Numbered from the stretch's first letter, positions 24,150-36,624 are shown. The stretch is DNA of 64,000 nt from Basidiobolus meristosporus CBS 931.73 (GCA_002104905.1 MCFE01000112.1:1-64000); one strand, 5' to 3'. Notes: generated by a model from the letters alone, not told the origin. Numbers and translations: made by a program.

Positions 24150-24800
24150 ACCAACGACTGCACTTGAGCCCAAATCCAATAAAGTTTCATTATTCATGTT
24201 ATTTTTCGTCTCATATGTGATAGCAGAAATATAGCCATTACCAGCATGGGAACAAGAGCATTTGACAAACTCAACACCACGCCAATCTCCATACTTCCCT
24301 CTGATGACCCGAAGTCCAGCTACCAATTCAGGAGAAGAGTAAGAAGCTGGTTGAGCTTGGCTATGCACGTGTTTAAGTACTGCTCGGAGGTAGTAGATGG
24401 CTTATTTAATAAGCTCAACCCGGACCTAGTCAATATGGAGATAGGGCATCCTAGAGTGTATCGCTATCTCAAGAAGTCCAACTATTACTCACTACCATGA
24501 GCGCACATATAACATGCACCACAGACGAGTGATTCTTATTATAATTGAGAAATTTAGCGCTTGATCGGCTCTTTCCCTTACTTCAATCTCTGTTGATACT
24601 CGCCATTATTTCACCCATCCCTGTGGGCACATCTCTTGTGTATCATATTTGAAAGCTTGTTTACAGAAGAATTGGGTGTACCTGATAGCCTACATGGACA
24701 GGGACACTGGAGTAATATCGATTGTATGATACATTAACCTATTTATTATGCTGGGATCACCATAGTCATAACATGTAGAAAGGCCAACAACCTGTTCTCA

Positions 24801-25248
24801 TCAATAGCTGTCTCTGTATCTACGTCTACGGTGGCGTCGTTGACACTGTCTACACGCTGGCTGATTGCCATCATCACCAGAGTCTAGGTCTTCATCCTCG
24901 TCGGGAGCAAATGATTGCACATACGTCGACGCAGATGGTTGGTACAATGTCTGATCTCTTTACTGCACCTGGCCATACTGATTCTGGTTGGGAAGTGCCT
25001 GAGCATTCTGTACGGAGTCAGTTTGAATATTGTTCAACAAGAGATAGGTGATTGGGGACTCTAGCTGGTAATCTGCCGGTGCATATGATATCGATGGTTC
25101 AGTCCCAGTGCTGCCACCATAGTCCACTTGGACACCCAGGTCTACTTTTTGATTGCCATATGTGGCAATGGGCGATGTATTGGATACACCGAATAGGAAT
25201 ACCAAGGTGGATAAAATGCGTGGATAAAATGCGGAAATTACGTTGCAT
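24801..25248 (-). pseudogene. Family B' pseudogene
   Basis: ATG at 25248; a 13-nt duplication (gtggataaaatgc x2) shifts the frame after MQRNFRILST; in-frame TAA after QYGQVQ. Confidence 0.8.
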
Positions 25249-25661
25249 ATTGGCACTTAGTTACACACTGGAATGCAAAAAGTTGCTTTTGTTTTTATCA
25301 ACAATCATCAGCAGCCGAAGCTCAGTTGATAGCTATTCTATGTGGCCAATCATCAATAAAAACAATCCACAGCCAATTGAACCCATGTATCATCGATCTA
25401 CGCACTTCATTTATGTGGTTCGGGTTGCTCACCACGATTGCTTGCCACTATTCCATTTTAGTAGTTTATTCATTATTGTTCGCAAATTGGTGAGAACAAA
25501 ACCACGCATTCCTGTGGTCACGTCCGCTGTTTCTTCCTGATGTTAGTTGGTGTAATCTTATTTGCAGAAGAAATATGTGTGTTGGATAGCTTACAGTAGT
25601 AGCGATTATTATACAGGATTAATTATGAATGCCAAACTAGTGTTATCGTGATCCGATTGAG

Positions 25662-26096
25662 TCAAAAGCGGCCTCTGTATCTACGTCTACGGTAGCGTCG
25701 TTGACAACGTTTACACGATGGCTGATCGTCGTCGTCACTCGAGTCTTGTGTGCCATCCTCGTCGGGAGTAATTGATTGCACATATGTCGATGCAGATGGT
25801 TGGTACAATGTCTGATCTACTTGCTGCACTTGCTCAAATTGATTCTGATTGGAAAGTGCCTCAGCATTCTGTGCAGAATTAGTCTGAGCGTTGTCCAACA
25901 ATGGATAGGTGTCTGGAGACTCTAGTTGATAGTATGTTGGTGTGTACGACATTAATGGCTCATTGTCGGCATTGCTACCAAAGTCCACCGGGATACCCTG
26001 GTCTACTTGCTGGTTGTCATACGTTGCAATGGGCGATGCGTAAGATGCACCGAATAGGAATACAAAGGCGGATAGAATGCGGAAAGTGCGTTGCAT
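25662..26096 (-). CDS. Secreted protein, family B (144 aa)
   Basis: Intact paralog from ATG at 26096. Confidence 0.88.
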   Translation of the reverse strand: MQRTFRILSAFVFLFGASYASPIATYDNQQVDQGIPVDFGSNADNEPLMSYTPTYYQLESPDTYPLLDNAQTNSAQNAEALSNQNQFEQVQQVDQTLYQPSASTYVQSITPDEDGTQDSSDDDDQPSCKRCQRRYRRRRYRGRF

Positions 26097-27133
26097 GTTG
26101 GCTCTTGGTGACACACTGGAAGGCAAACAGTTTCTTTTATGTATAGTTTGCTAGATTCATCAGCGATCATCAGCAACCAAACCCAGTTTACTAAATTATG
26201 AAGCAGAGGGGAGTAAAGTTAATCAGCATTTCATTTTCATTGTAATGATCGATGAGTAAAAGCTGATTAACACCGTAATCCCGGCGACCAATCACTTCAA
26301 TAAATAAACACTCTTCAATTCTGCGCCGCCGCACGATTTGGGAATGACATTAGCGGTTGTGAAGAGACAAACCAAAATGACTCATACTACGCCTTTTCAA
26401 GCTATGGCTTGAGGTGAGCACACAGGAATGGCTTCGATCTTACGTAGTTCTTGATTTCATAGTCATAGAATTGTAACCTGCTCAGGTTATATAGCGATCT
26501 CTAGCTATTTTAATGCGTATTATGGGATTATGAATGAATTCATATTTTACCAGTCATCATTCGGTAGCACACTGAGCTAGATTAACGATTTAGCATCAAG
26601 CGTTGCATCAACCACCACAAGATGATACAGCGCCTCTATCCAAGGGATCTCTATTGCCGCAGATGAACTTCAAGTCGAAACATGAACCTAGATTTGTGTT
26701 GATTTCAAATTGTAGATTCATAGGAATAGTGGTTGCTAAGGGTATTAATGTGAATTTATCACTGCGACTATTAACATATGGCTTTCCAAATGCTCAATGA
26801 CGTAGCTACTTTTCTTTTGGCCGTCATTGCTGCTTCAATACACTGAGCCCACGGAATATGCTCAGTATTGTAATGATTGTGCTTAGCAGGACTCACCGAC
26901 TGCAGACTTTATGGATGACACTTAATGTACCGATAAGTGCACTTAATCCAATGAATCTCGATTATCCATATGAGCCCATATCTTCACAAGTACTTAGTGG
27001 ATAGTCAACCACGGCTGGACATGGCATGTGAATTCATGGCTTCAAGTGAGTCAGATATAGGATGCAGTATAATAGACTACGCCAAATACCACTATAAAGT
27101 GAGCTTACGACTGGTTTTACGCTATTCATCAAA

Positions 27134-27688
27134 ATGCAGCTTACTCTCGCTTTGTTCGCTTTGTACTTTGCATCTATCCATGCATTACCCGCCACAGAAG
27201 ATACCTCTTCTCAGGTTAGCAACGACAACAACTTGTGCGGGGAGCAAATAAGTCCTTGCTACCAAGAAACTCAATCGCCTGCATATGACTATCAGCCGGA
27301 ACAGGATGAGGGTGATATCTATATGGATGAGAATGAGGGCGAAGATGAAGGCGAAGATGAGGACTCAGTGGATGACACTCCAACTCAGCCAGAGTCATCC
27401 TACAACATGCCAAACTTCAATGTAGCCGACCTGCAACCAAGGGAGACATTGTTGGACAGAGTGAACGCTCATTCATCCAGTGATGCTGATGCCCTATCGA
27501 ACTCTAATCAGTTTGACCAAGCGCAGGTAGTCGATCAAACCTTCTATCAGCCTAAGCAGCAACAGCCACGGATCATCATTACCCAGCCAGCCACCCGTAG
27601 CTATGGTGGAGGCCAGAAGAAGTACAAGAGGTCGGCACATAAGTACTTCAAGATCAGATATTTCAGTGGGAATCGATACATTGATTAA
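27134..27688 (+). CDS. Secreted protein, family C (184 aa)
   Basis: Intact paralog. Confidence 0.88.
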   Translation: MQLTLALFALYFASIHALPATEDTSSQVSNDNNLCGEQISPCYQETQSPAYDYQPEQDEGDIYMDENEGEDEGEDEDSVDDTPTQPESSYNMPNFNVADLQPRETLLDRVNAHSSSDADALSNSNQFDQAQVVDQTFYQPKQQQPRIIITQPATRSYGGGQKKYKRSAHKYFKIRYFSGNRYID

Positions 27689-28038
27689 ATAAACATGTCA
27701 TTTGGCCACCCTATATTAATATGAAACATCATCAGCCGTGATTCGTGAATTACCACACTACAGCTGAAATATCAAAAGCATATGTGTATATATTGATATA
27801 TATATATATATTGGTGTATTTATCAGTTTATTTATCGTACTGTAACCATATAAACTACGCGATATCAATGCGATTGAGCCGATGATGGTAGAGCGAATGC
27901 TGCTTTTCAATCTGACAAGGTGTAAGTTCATCAAAGTTAACTAACTATTGCTACCATCAACGTTGTAACCATGTTATACTGGTTCCCATGCTATATATTC
28001 CTGAGTGTAATTAGCAATGTGCTCAGTAGTTCTCAAAG

Positions 28039-28617
28039 ATGCGTGCATTCATTGTATCATTGATCTTGGGCCTTGCCTCTCTTCAAGCCACCATTGCTGC
28101 TCTAGTCCCATGCTCCGAATCATGTAATCGTGAGCATAGAAGAGTACGTTATCGCAGGTATTCATGCTCGGACCAAGCAAGCAACTGCTACCAGCAAGTG
28201 CAGGTTCAACCCACTGTTGAAACGTCAAACGTCCAAGTGCCATTGTTGCGTCAGGTGCTCACCACCGTGACCAGAAAGCATGACAATCTGAACACTGCCA
28301 ACGCCAACAGTGACAAGAGTCTCGATGTTCAGTTTCAAGCAGGCCCTAGCCTCGAAGTAGAAGGTTCAGCCAGCGCATCCGAGTACGCCAAACAGAAGGG
28401 TGCTGAACACTCAGACGATGGCTCTGGATACCCCATTGTTATGGTTCAGCCTGGGCAAGATGAGACATACTCCACACCAGTAGTGGACACCCAATGCATC
28501 GAAGGATGCTCTGACCAAGATACACAGTACACTGAGCCCATGGAAGATGTTCAATGTGGCGATAACTGTGCTGATCAGGACTCACAGTATACCGAGCCCA
28601 TGGGAGACACTCAATGA
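28039..28617 (+). CDS. Secreted protein, family A (192 aa)
   Basis: Intact paralog. Confidence 0.88.
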   Translation: MRAFIVSLILGLASLQATIAALVPCSESCNREHRRVRYRRYSCSDQASNCYQQVQVQPTVETSNVQVPLLRQVLTTVTRKHDNLNTANANSDKSLDVQFQAGPSLEVEGSASASEYAKQKGAEHSDDGSGYPIVMVQPGQDETYSTPVVDTQCIEGCSDQDTQYTEPMEDVQCGDNCADQDSQYTEPMGDTQ

Positions 28618-29290
28618 CGCAACGACTGCACTTGAGCCCAAATCCAATAAAGTTCCATTATTTTTCGCCTCATATGTGATAGCAGAAATATAGCCGTTAT
28701 CAGCATGGGAGCAAGGGCGTTTGTCAAACTCAACACCACGCTAATTTCCATACTTCCCTCTGATGACCCGAAGTCCAGCTACCAATTCAGGAGAAGAGTA
28801 AGCAGCTGGTAAAGCTTGGCTATGCACGTGTTTAAGTACTGCTCGGAGGTAGTAGATGTCATATTTGATAAGCTCAACCCGGGCCTAGTCAATATGGAGA
28901 TAGGGCATCCTAGAGTGTATCGCTATCTCAAGAAGTCCAACTATTACTCACTACCATTGCCAGAAAACATAGTATCCTGAGCGCACATATAACATGCACC
29001 ACAGACGAGTGATTCTTGATATAATTGAGAAAATTAGCGCTTGATCGGCTCTTTCCCTTACTTCAATCTCTGTTGATACTCGTCATTATTCCACCCATCC
29101 CTGTGGGCACATCTCTTGTGTATCTTTTTTTCCTAGTGTTTATATTTGAAAGCTTGTTTACAGAAGAATTGGGTGTACTTGGTAGCCTTAGGTAGCTGTT
29201 TACACGATGGCTGATCGTCGTTGTCACTTGAGTCTTGCATGATAGGATTTATTATGAATGCCAAACCAATGTTTACATGATCCGATTGAG

Positions 29291-29718
29291 TCAAAAGCGG
29301 CCGCTGTATCTACGTCTACGGTAGCGTCGTTGACAACGTTTACACGATGGCTGGTCGTCGTCGTCACTCGTGTCTTCAGTGTCATCCTCGTCGGGAGTAA
29401 TTGATTGCACATATGTTGATGCAGATGGTTGGTACAATGTCTGATCTCTTTGCTGCACCTGGCTATACTGATTCTGGTTGGGAAGTGCCTGAGTATTCTG
29501 TACGGAATTAGTTTGAATATTGTTCAACAAGGGATGGGGACTCCAGCTGGTAGTCTGTTGGCGCATATGATATCAATGGTTCAGTCTCATAGTCCACTTG
29601 AACACCTAGGTCTACCTATTGGTTGCCATATGTAGCAATAGGCGATGCATAGGATACACCGAATAGGAATACCTAGGTGAATAAAATGCGTGGATAAAAT
29701 TCGGAAATTACGTCGCAT
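29291..29718 (-). pseudogene. Family B' pseudogene with a B-type 3' end
   Basis: Same 13-nt duplication as 24801..25248 plus further indels; ends RRYSGRF with a B-type 3' flank. Confidence 0.78.
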
Positions 29719-30077
29719 ATTGGCTCTTAGTTGCACACTGGAATGCAAGAAGTTGCTTTTGTGTTTATCTACGATGTATCATCCATATATGTAGATTGCC
29801 TGCCACTAGTCCATTTTAGCAGTTTATTCATTATTGTTCGCAAATTGGTCAGAACAAAACCAAAATGTTTGATGTGAGGAGTCATTGCTCATTCCACACA
29901 TCCCTGTGGTCACGTTTCCGCTGGCTCCTCCTGATGTCAGTTGGTGTAATCTTGTTTGCAGAAGAAATGTGTGTGTTGGATAGCTTGTAGCGATTATTTC
30001 ACAGGATTAATTATGAATGCCACATACGAATGGATTTATTATGAATGCCAAACTAGTGTTTACATGATCCGATTGAG

Positions 30078-30512
30078 TCAAAAGCGGCCTCTGTATCTAC
30101 GTCTACGGTAGCGTCGTTGACAACGTTTACACGATGGCTGGTCGTCATCGTCACTCGAGTCTTTATTGTCATCCTCGTCGGGAGTAATTGATTGCACATA
30201 TGTCGGCGCAGATGGTTGGTACAATGTCTGATCAACTTGCTGCACCTGCTCGTATTGATTCTGGTTGGAAAGTGCCTGAGCGTTCTGTGCAGAATTCGTT
30301 TGAGCGTTGTCTAGCAATGGATAGGCGTCTGGGGACTCTAGCTGATAGTATGTTGGTGTATATGACATTGATGGTTCATTGTCGGCATTGCCACCAAAGT
30401 CCACCGGGATGCCCTGGTCTATTTGCTGGTTGTCATACGTTGCAATGGGCGAAGCATAAGATACACCGAATAGGAATACTAAGGCGGATAGGATGCGGAA
30501 AGTGCGTTGCAT
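30078..30512 (-). CDS. Secreted protein, family B (144 aa)
   Basis: Intact paralog from ATG at 30512. Confidence 0.88.
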   Translation of the reverse strand: MQRTFRILSALVFLFGVSYASPIATYDNQQIDQGIPVDFGGNADNEPSMSYTPTYYQLESPDAYPLLDNAQTNSAQNAQALSNQNQYEQVQQVDQTLYQPSAPTYVQSITPDEDDNKDSSDDDDQPSCKRCQRRYRRRRYRGRF

Positions 30513-31501
30513 GTTGGCTCCTGATGACACACTGGAAGGCAAACAGTTGCATTTATGTATGGTTTGCTAGATTCATCAGCGATCATCAGCTACCAAACCC
30601 AGTTTACTAAATTATGAAGCAGAGGGGAGTAAAGTTAATCAGCATTTCACTTTCATTGCAATGATCAGTGAATAGGTGTTGATTGAAACCGTAATCTAAG
30701 CGACCAATCACTTCAGTACATGAAGAAAAATAAATAAACATTCTTCAATTCTTTTAGAATGACATTAGCGGTTGTCAAGAGACAAACCAAAATGACTTGA
30801 AGTGAGCACACAGGAATGGCTTCGTTCTTACGTAGTTCTTGACTTCATAGTCGTAGAATAGGAACCTGTAGCTATATTAATGCGTATTATGGGATTATGA
30901 ATGAATTCATATTTTACCAGTCATCATTCGGTAGCATACTGAGCTAGATTAACGATTTAGCATCAAGCATTGCATCAACCACCACAAGATGATACAGCGC
31001 CTCTATCCAAGGGATCTCTATTGCCGCAGATGAACTTCAAGTCAAAACATGAACCTAGATTTGTGTTGATTTCAAATTGTAGATTCGTAGGAATGGTGAT
31101 TACTAAGGATATTAATGTGTATTTGTCACCGCGACTATTAACATATGGCTTTCCAAATGCTCAATGATGTAGCTACTTTTTCTTTTGGCCGTCGTTGCTG
31201 CTTCAATACACTGTGCCCACGGAATATGCTCAGTGTTGTAATGATTGTGCTTAGCAGGACTCACCGACTGCGGACTTTATGGACGACACTTAATGTACCG
31301 ACAACTGCACTTAATTCAATAAATCTCGATTATCCATATGAGCCCATATCTTCACAAGTACTTAGTGGATAGTCAACCACGGCTGGACATGGCATGTGAA
31401 TTCATGGCTTCAAGTGAGGCAGATATAGGATGCAGTATAATAGACTACGCCAAATGCCACTATAAAGTGAGCTTACGACTGGTTTTACGCTATTCATCAA
31501 A

Positions 31502-32056
31502 ATGCAGCTTACTCTCGCTTTGTTCGCTTTGTGCTTTACTTCCATCCATGCATTCCCTGCCACGGAAGATACCTATTCTCAGGTGAGCAACGACAGCAAC
31601 TTGTGCGGGGAGCAAATAAGTCCTTGCTACCAAGAAACTCAATCGCCTGCATATGACTATCAGCCGGAACAGGATGAGGGTGATATCTATATGGATGAGA
31701 ATGAGGGCGAAGATGAAGGCGAAGGTGAGGACTCGATGGATGACACTTCAACTCAGCCAGAGTCATCTTACAACATGCCAAACTTCAATATGGCCGACCT
31801 GCAACCCAGAAAGGCATTGTTGGACAGAGTGAACGCTCACTCATCCAGTGATGCTGATGCTCTGTCGAACTCCAATCAGTTTGACCAAGCGCAGATTGTC
31901 GACCAAACCCTCTATCAGCCTAAGCAGCAACAGCCTCAGATCATCATCACTCAGCCAGCCGCCCGTAGCTATGATGGAGGCCGGAAGAAGTACAAGAGAT
32001 CGGCGCATAAGTACTTCAAGATCAGATATACCAGTGGGAACCGATACATTGAGTAA
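31502..32056 (+). CDS. Secreted protein, family C (184 aa)
   Basis: Intact paralog. Confidence 0.88.
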   Translation: MQLTLALFALCFTSIHAFPATEDTYSQVSNDSNLCGEQISPCYQETQSPAYDYQPEQDEGDIYMDENEGEDEGEGEDSMDDTSTQPESSYNMPNFNMADLQPRKALLDRVNAHSSSDADALSNSNQFDQAQIVDQTLYQPKQQQPQIIITQPAARSYDGGRKKYKRSAHKYFKIRYTSGNRYIE

Positions 32057-32344
32057 ATAAACATTTCAATTGACCACCTTGTATTAATATGAAACATCAT
32101 CCGCCGTGGTTCGTGAATTACCACACTACAGCTGAAATATCAAAAGCATATGGGTATATGTTGGTGTATTTATTGTACTGCAATCATGTAAACCACACAA
32201 TATCAATGCAATTGAGCCGATGATGGTGGAGAGATTGCTAATTTGAGATCTGATAAAAGTTAACTAACTATTGCTACCATCAATGTTGTAACCATGCTAT
32301 ATATTCCCAAGTGAATTCAGCAATGAACTCAGTAGTTCTCAAAG

Positions 32345-32685
32345 ATGCGTACATTCATTGATCTTGGGCCTTGCTTCTCTTCAAGCCATCATTGCTGTTC
32401 CAGTCCCATGCTCCAAATCATGCAATCGTGAGCATAGAAGAGTCCGTTATCACAGGTATTCATGCTCGGACCAAGCAAGCAACTGCTACCAGCAAGTCTG
32501 CCAACGCCAACAGTGACAAGAGTCTCAATGCTCAGTTTCAAGCAGGCCCTAGCCTTGAAGTAGAAGGCTCAGCCAGTGCATCCGAGTATGCCAAACAGAA
32601 GAGTGCTGAACACTCAGAAGATGGCACCAATTACCCTATTGTTATGGCACAGCCTGCACAAGATGAGACATACTCCACACCATAC
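32345..32685 (+). pseudogene. Family A pseudogene
   Basis: Small deletion just after ATGCGTACATTCATTG (frameshift), a large internal deletion, and 3' truncation. Confidence 0.8.
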
Positions 32686-33060
32686 GGAAATCGGGTCTCT
32701 ATTCCAAGAAGCTATTATAGAATGCAAGGAGAATTTGGTGCGTGTCAAATCCAGTAATCTGGTCCTTTTGACTCACACTCATTGGTACCAGCAGAGCGAG
32801 AAAATACGAAAGCCCAACTATTGCTCACTACCATTACCAGCACATGACTAATATGCATTCTTATTATAATTGTGGAAATTGGTGCCTGATTGGCTCTCTC
32901 CGTTACTTCAATCTCTGTTGACCACCCATCTCTGTGGTCATGTGACTTTTTCCTGGTGTTAATTGTCAGAGACTGGTTACATAAATAGGGAAAATGGAGT
33001 GATGTTGGTCATATATTACATTATCTTATTTATCACACAATAGTATTAACCCTACTCATA

Positions 33061-33340
33061 TCAATAGCCATCTCTGTATCTACATCTACGGTAGTGTTGT
33101 TGACAACTTTGATTGTTGTTGTCACTGGAGTCTGGAGTAAACAATTGCACAAATGTGGGTGTAGATGGTTGGTACAATGTCTGATCTACTTGGTGCATCT
33201 GGTCATACTGATTCTTGTTGAAATGTGCCTGTGTGTTCTGTGCAGAATATGCCTGAGCATTGTCTAGCAATGGATAAGTGTGTGGGGACTATAGTGACAG
33301 TATGTTGGTGCATACAACATAAATGGTTCATTGTTGGCAT
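33061..33340 (-). pseudogene. Family B pseudogene, CpG-eroded, right edge of the array
   Basis: LDNAQAYSAQNTQAHFNKNQYDQMHQVDQTLYQP matches B; many CG changed to TG/CA relative to intact copies. Confidence 0.75.
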
Positions 33341-33399
33341 TCAAGGATTTTGTACCAAAGCACAAGATAATAAAACACTGAGCAGACTCTGCAACAGCC

Positions 33400-35020
33400 A
33401 TGCCAAAGAATATGCATATGTTTATTTTGGAGATCTAATGGGGACACTTGCTAAGGTACAGCTAAGTAAAGTGCTCTATCAAAGAATTGGGATGTTCAGA
33501 TAGGTTGGATCTGGATTGCTTTGTGAAGATCCTGCAATAGCTTCAAACCAATCCTGTTAGCCTAGATTTCAGCCAACTCTTCTTGATTACAGCCAACTCA
33601 TCTTGATATCTTGACAGCCTTACAATGCTAATTGTAGTCACTTTTCCTCATGAAGTCTTAACAGTGTCTTGTAGGTAGCTAAGCAGTCTCATCACAGTCT
33701 CATCACAGCATCTGAGTACCTTCCCCATTTCTACATTTTAGGAACTCCCATTTCAATGAGAAATATGATGGTGCTCTGATGACTCTTCAGTGGCATCGTT
33801 ACAGCCTTATTGTAGAGTCTTAGCTCTTTTCAACTTTCTACACCATTGGAATTCCTTCTGTTGGAAAAAAACATATAGGTGTACTAAGAGTGCTTCCATA
33901 GCCTTATCATAGCCTTGTCATGGTGTTGACATTGTTTTAGTTTATACCCAAGAGTCACTATATGCTATAAACTTAACAATATAGTCCAAATTGCTTAGCT
34001 CCATTATACCTCCACTGTACCAATAGGATACTTGAGGATATAGGCACTGCCATTTTGTTTACCCACTCACACTATTGGTTATCTGTATATAGTTTAAATC
34101 AAAAAGAACTACTGATTCTTCTTGATGCACTTTGGCATATGCTTATACCTGCCACAATTAGAACACTTGTATCATACCCCCATGATGATACTTCATCCTA
34201 ATGCTTACAGAGCTCTCATATGCAGCATACTGTTGGTAGCATATGATTCTGGCAAATTAAAGATCTGTGATATATATCATCTGCTCTGTAGGAAACTCTA
34301 TAAATGTGAAGTATGGACTTAAAGTCTTTTGGTACCTTGTCAGACTTAACAGAGTATGAATGCAATGGGAGAGGACACTCATATGCCCTGTCTTGTGCCT
34401 GTAAAGGAGTGGCTCAAGCCCTTATACATGCCCATTATATAGCAGCCATAGATGCAACATGCTGACATTGGTGATGAGCATCAGGAGGCACATTGCTACT
34501 ACATCTACATACAACTCACTATGCTTCAAGTGTGCTGTAGGTAGAAGCTGTCTCAAAGGGGCAATAGAATAAAATATATTCCACTCCACCAGTTCTCACA
34601 TTTATATCATTGCAAATGCATATGCTTCTTGATTAGTTTCCATAAAGGCACATAAGTCAATAATTGCACTGCAGTAATTTGCCAATGCTTTCTATTTTCA
34701 CCAGGATTCCAGGTGATTGAAGTGGGCACTATTATCTCTTATGCAGTTCTGTGATTACTGTTGGAGTATTGCTGAATGGCAAATTTGTTGCTTCTGATTG
34801 AAAGCCTTTACCCCAGCTGAAGTAATCCTTTTTGTTGTAAGAGGTTTGGGACAAACACCATATTCTGACTTTTGACAATTAACATGCTAACCATTGGGCA
34901 TACTAATGCTAATCTCTGTATGTTCTTTTTGAGGAAGCTGTATACTCCAATCATTGTTGTTAAGAGAAGAATAGTAGGTACCTATAATGGAATTGTTGTG
35001 CATCAACATTTAAAACTTAG
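33400..35020. mobile_element. CpG-depleted block, probable decayed transposon
   Basis: Almost no CG dinucleotides and no long ORF; interrupts the family A/B/C cluster. Confidence 0.5.
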
Positions 35021-35021
35021 C

Positions 35022-35110
35022 CAAGTACAAGAGGTCAGCTCACAAGTACTTCAAGATCAGATATTCCGGTGGGAGCAGATACTAGCAGTGGTCACCTACG
35101 TATTATGAAT
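35022..35110 (+). pseudogene. Family C 3' remnant
   Basis: aagtacaagaggtcagctcacaagtacttcaagatcagatattccggtggg translates as KYKRSAHKYFKIRYSGG. Confidence 0.7.
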
Positions 35111-35437
35111 AAATACATCATCTGAAATGACGATATATTAGCTTGAAACATCACATTTAATTTGCGAACTATCATACTGCAAGTACAATGTTGGAACTTG
35201 GACAATGAATGTTGATAATATTCTTATTTATTAAGCTTACGTCTATCACGATGACAAGTCATATCTCAGCAATTGTAAGATCGATGGTCACTAGAAAGCT
35301 AATTTGCAATCTAACAAAATTGGAATTTCTCAATACACTTGAAGAACAACCACTATCATTATCCAAACCATATTATGTAGCTTATCATGCTATGTATTCT
35401 CTCGGGGATGAAACAATGTATTCAGTCATACTTGAGT

Positions 35438-36023
35438 ATGTGTTTTACCGCTGCTATAGTGATCCTTAGCCTTGCCTCTCTGAGTGCTACCATAGCTGTG
35501 CTAATTGCTTGTTCCTCCCTATGTACCCGAGGATACAGAGGAGTCCAATATCGTAATTCACCATGTTACCATCATGCAAAAATCTGCTACCAGAATGACC
35601 AAATTCAGCCTACTGTCGAAACATCAGATTTTCAAGCCCCATTATTGCGACAGGTGTTCACCACTGTTACCAGAAAACACGACAATCTGAACACTGCGAA
35701 TGCCAACAGCGATAAGAGCCTCAACATAATATCAAGCAGGCCCCAGCCTCGAAGCAGAGGGTGAAGCTAGTACAACTGAGTACGCTAAGCAGAAGGGAGC
35801 TGAACACTCCGAGGATGGCTCTTCGTATCCCATTGCTGTGGCTCAGCCCTCACAAGACACCCAGTATTCAGCACCCGTAGTAGACACCCATTATGTTGAA
35901 GGATGCTCTGACCAGGATACTCAGTACACAGAATCTATGGAAGACATTCAGTGTGGCGATAAATGCGCTGATCAGTTCACTGAGCCTATGGAAGATACTC
36001 AATGTACCGATGCGTGCCCGTAG
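35438..36023 (+). pseudogene. Divergent family A paralog with one frameshift
   Basis: MCFTAAIVILSLASLSATIA...PLLRQVFTTVTRKHDNLNTANANSDKSLN, frameshift near 35725, then repeats ending EDTQCTDACP*. Confidence 0.75.
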
Positions 36024-36624
36024 ACTGGCAAATCCCAATTCCAATAAATCACTACAACTCATTCAGTTTGTCACCTTGTTTGTGTACGCTTATGAAGCAG
36101 CTTTGGTAGCATCTTAGCCAGAAAATAAACCAGTTTCCGGTGGAGCCGTAAGTGTTGCAATTCGAGCCTCCACTAGAGTTGAGCCAACTGCCAACACACT
36201 GACAAGAATCATCCTGATCGGCGATCTCATTGAGAAGATTAAATGATTTAATGACTCATAATCACCACAATATCTAACCGATCTATAATACACTACATTT
36301 GTCTGTTATTAGCGACTTAATCATGCGCATTGCTACATTGATTAACCAAGTTAAGATCAAGTGTATACTTGAAGGCAAGGTACATAATGTCAAGGGTATA
36401 TGGATTACAGCGGTAGAGATATCAAAGTAAAGTAGACACATCTTGTGCAGTAGCAACTATTGACCGGTGGGCAAAGCGTTTTGTCCACTCATTACAAGTA
36501 GAGATCAGCCCAAAATTGGATTTAAACAAATTTGATGCCATAGATATGGTTTATGAGGTCGCATCAGTCAAAGCAGCAAAAGCCTCAAATCATTACTGAG
36601 CCATCAGCTCATGGCTATAGCGGC

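Noticed and set aside
248-31781. Many 60-140 aa overlapping ORFs (e.g. 12248, 13623, 16136, 21067, 26603, 30970)
   Set aside because: They are alternative-frame or antisense shadows of the A/B/C genes and spacers; they recur only because the DNA is duplicated.
12214-32056. Families A/B/C or D as KEP/dikaritin-type RiPP precursors
   Set aside because: They lack multiple KR-flanked repeated cores, and I see no DUF3328 or other tailoring gene in the window.
12214-33400. Array as a CRISPR or other prokaryotic system; A-C as an operon
   Set aside because: The repeats are whole genes with TATA and poly(A) signals in a eukaryotic, intron-containing context; there is no repeat-spacer structure.
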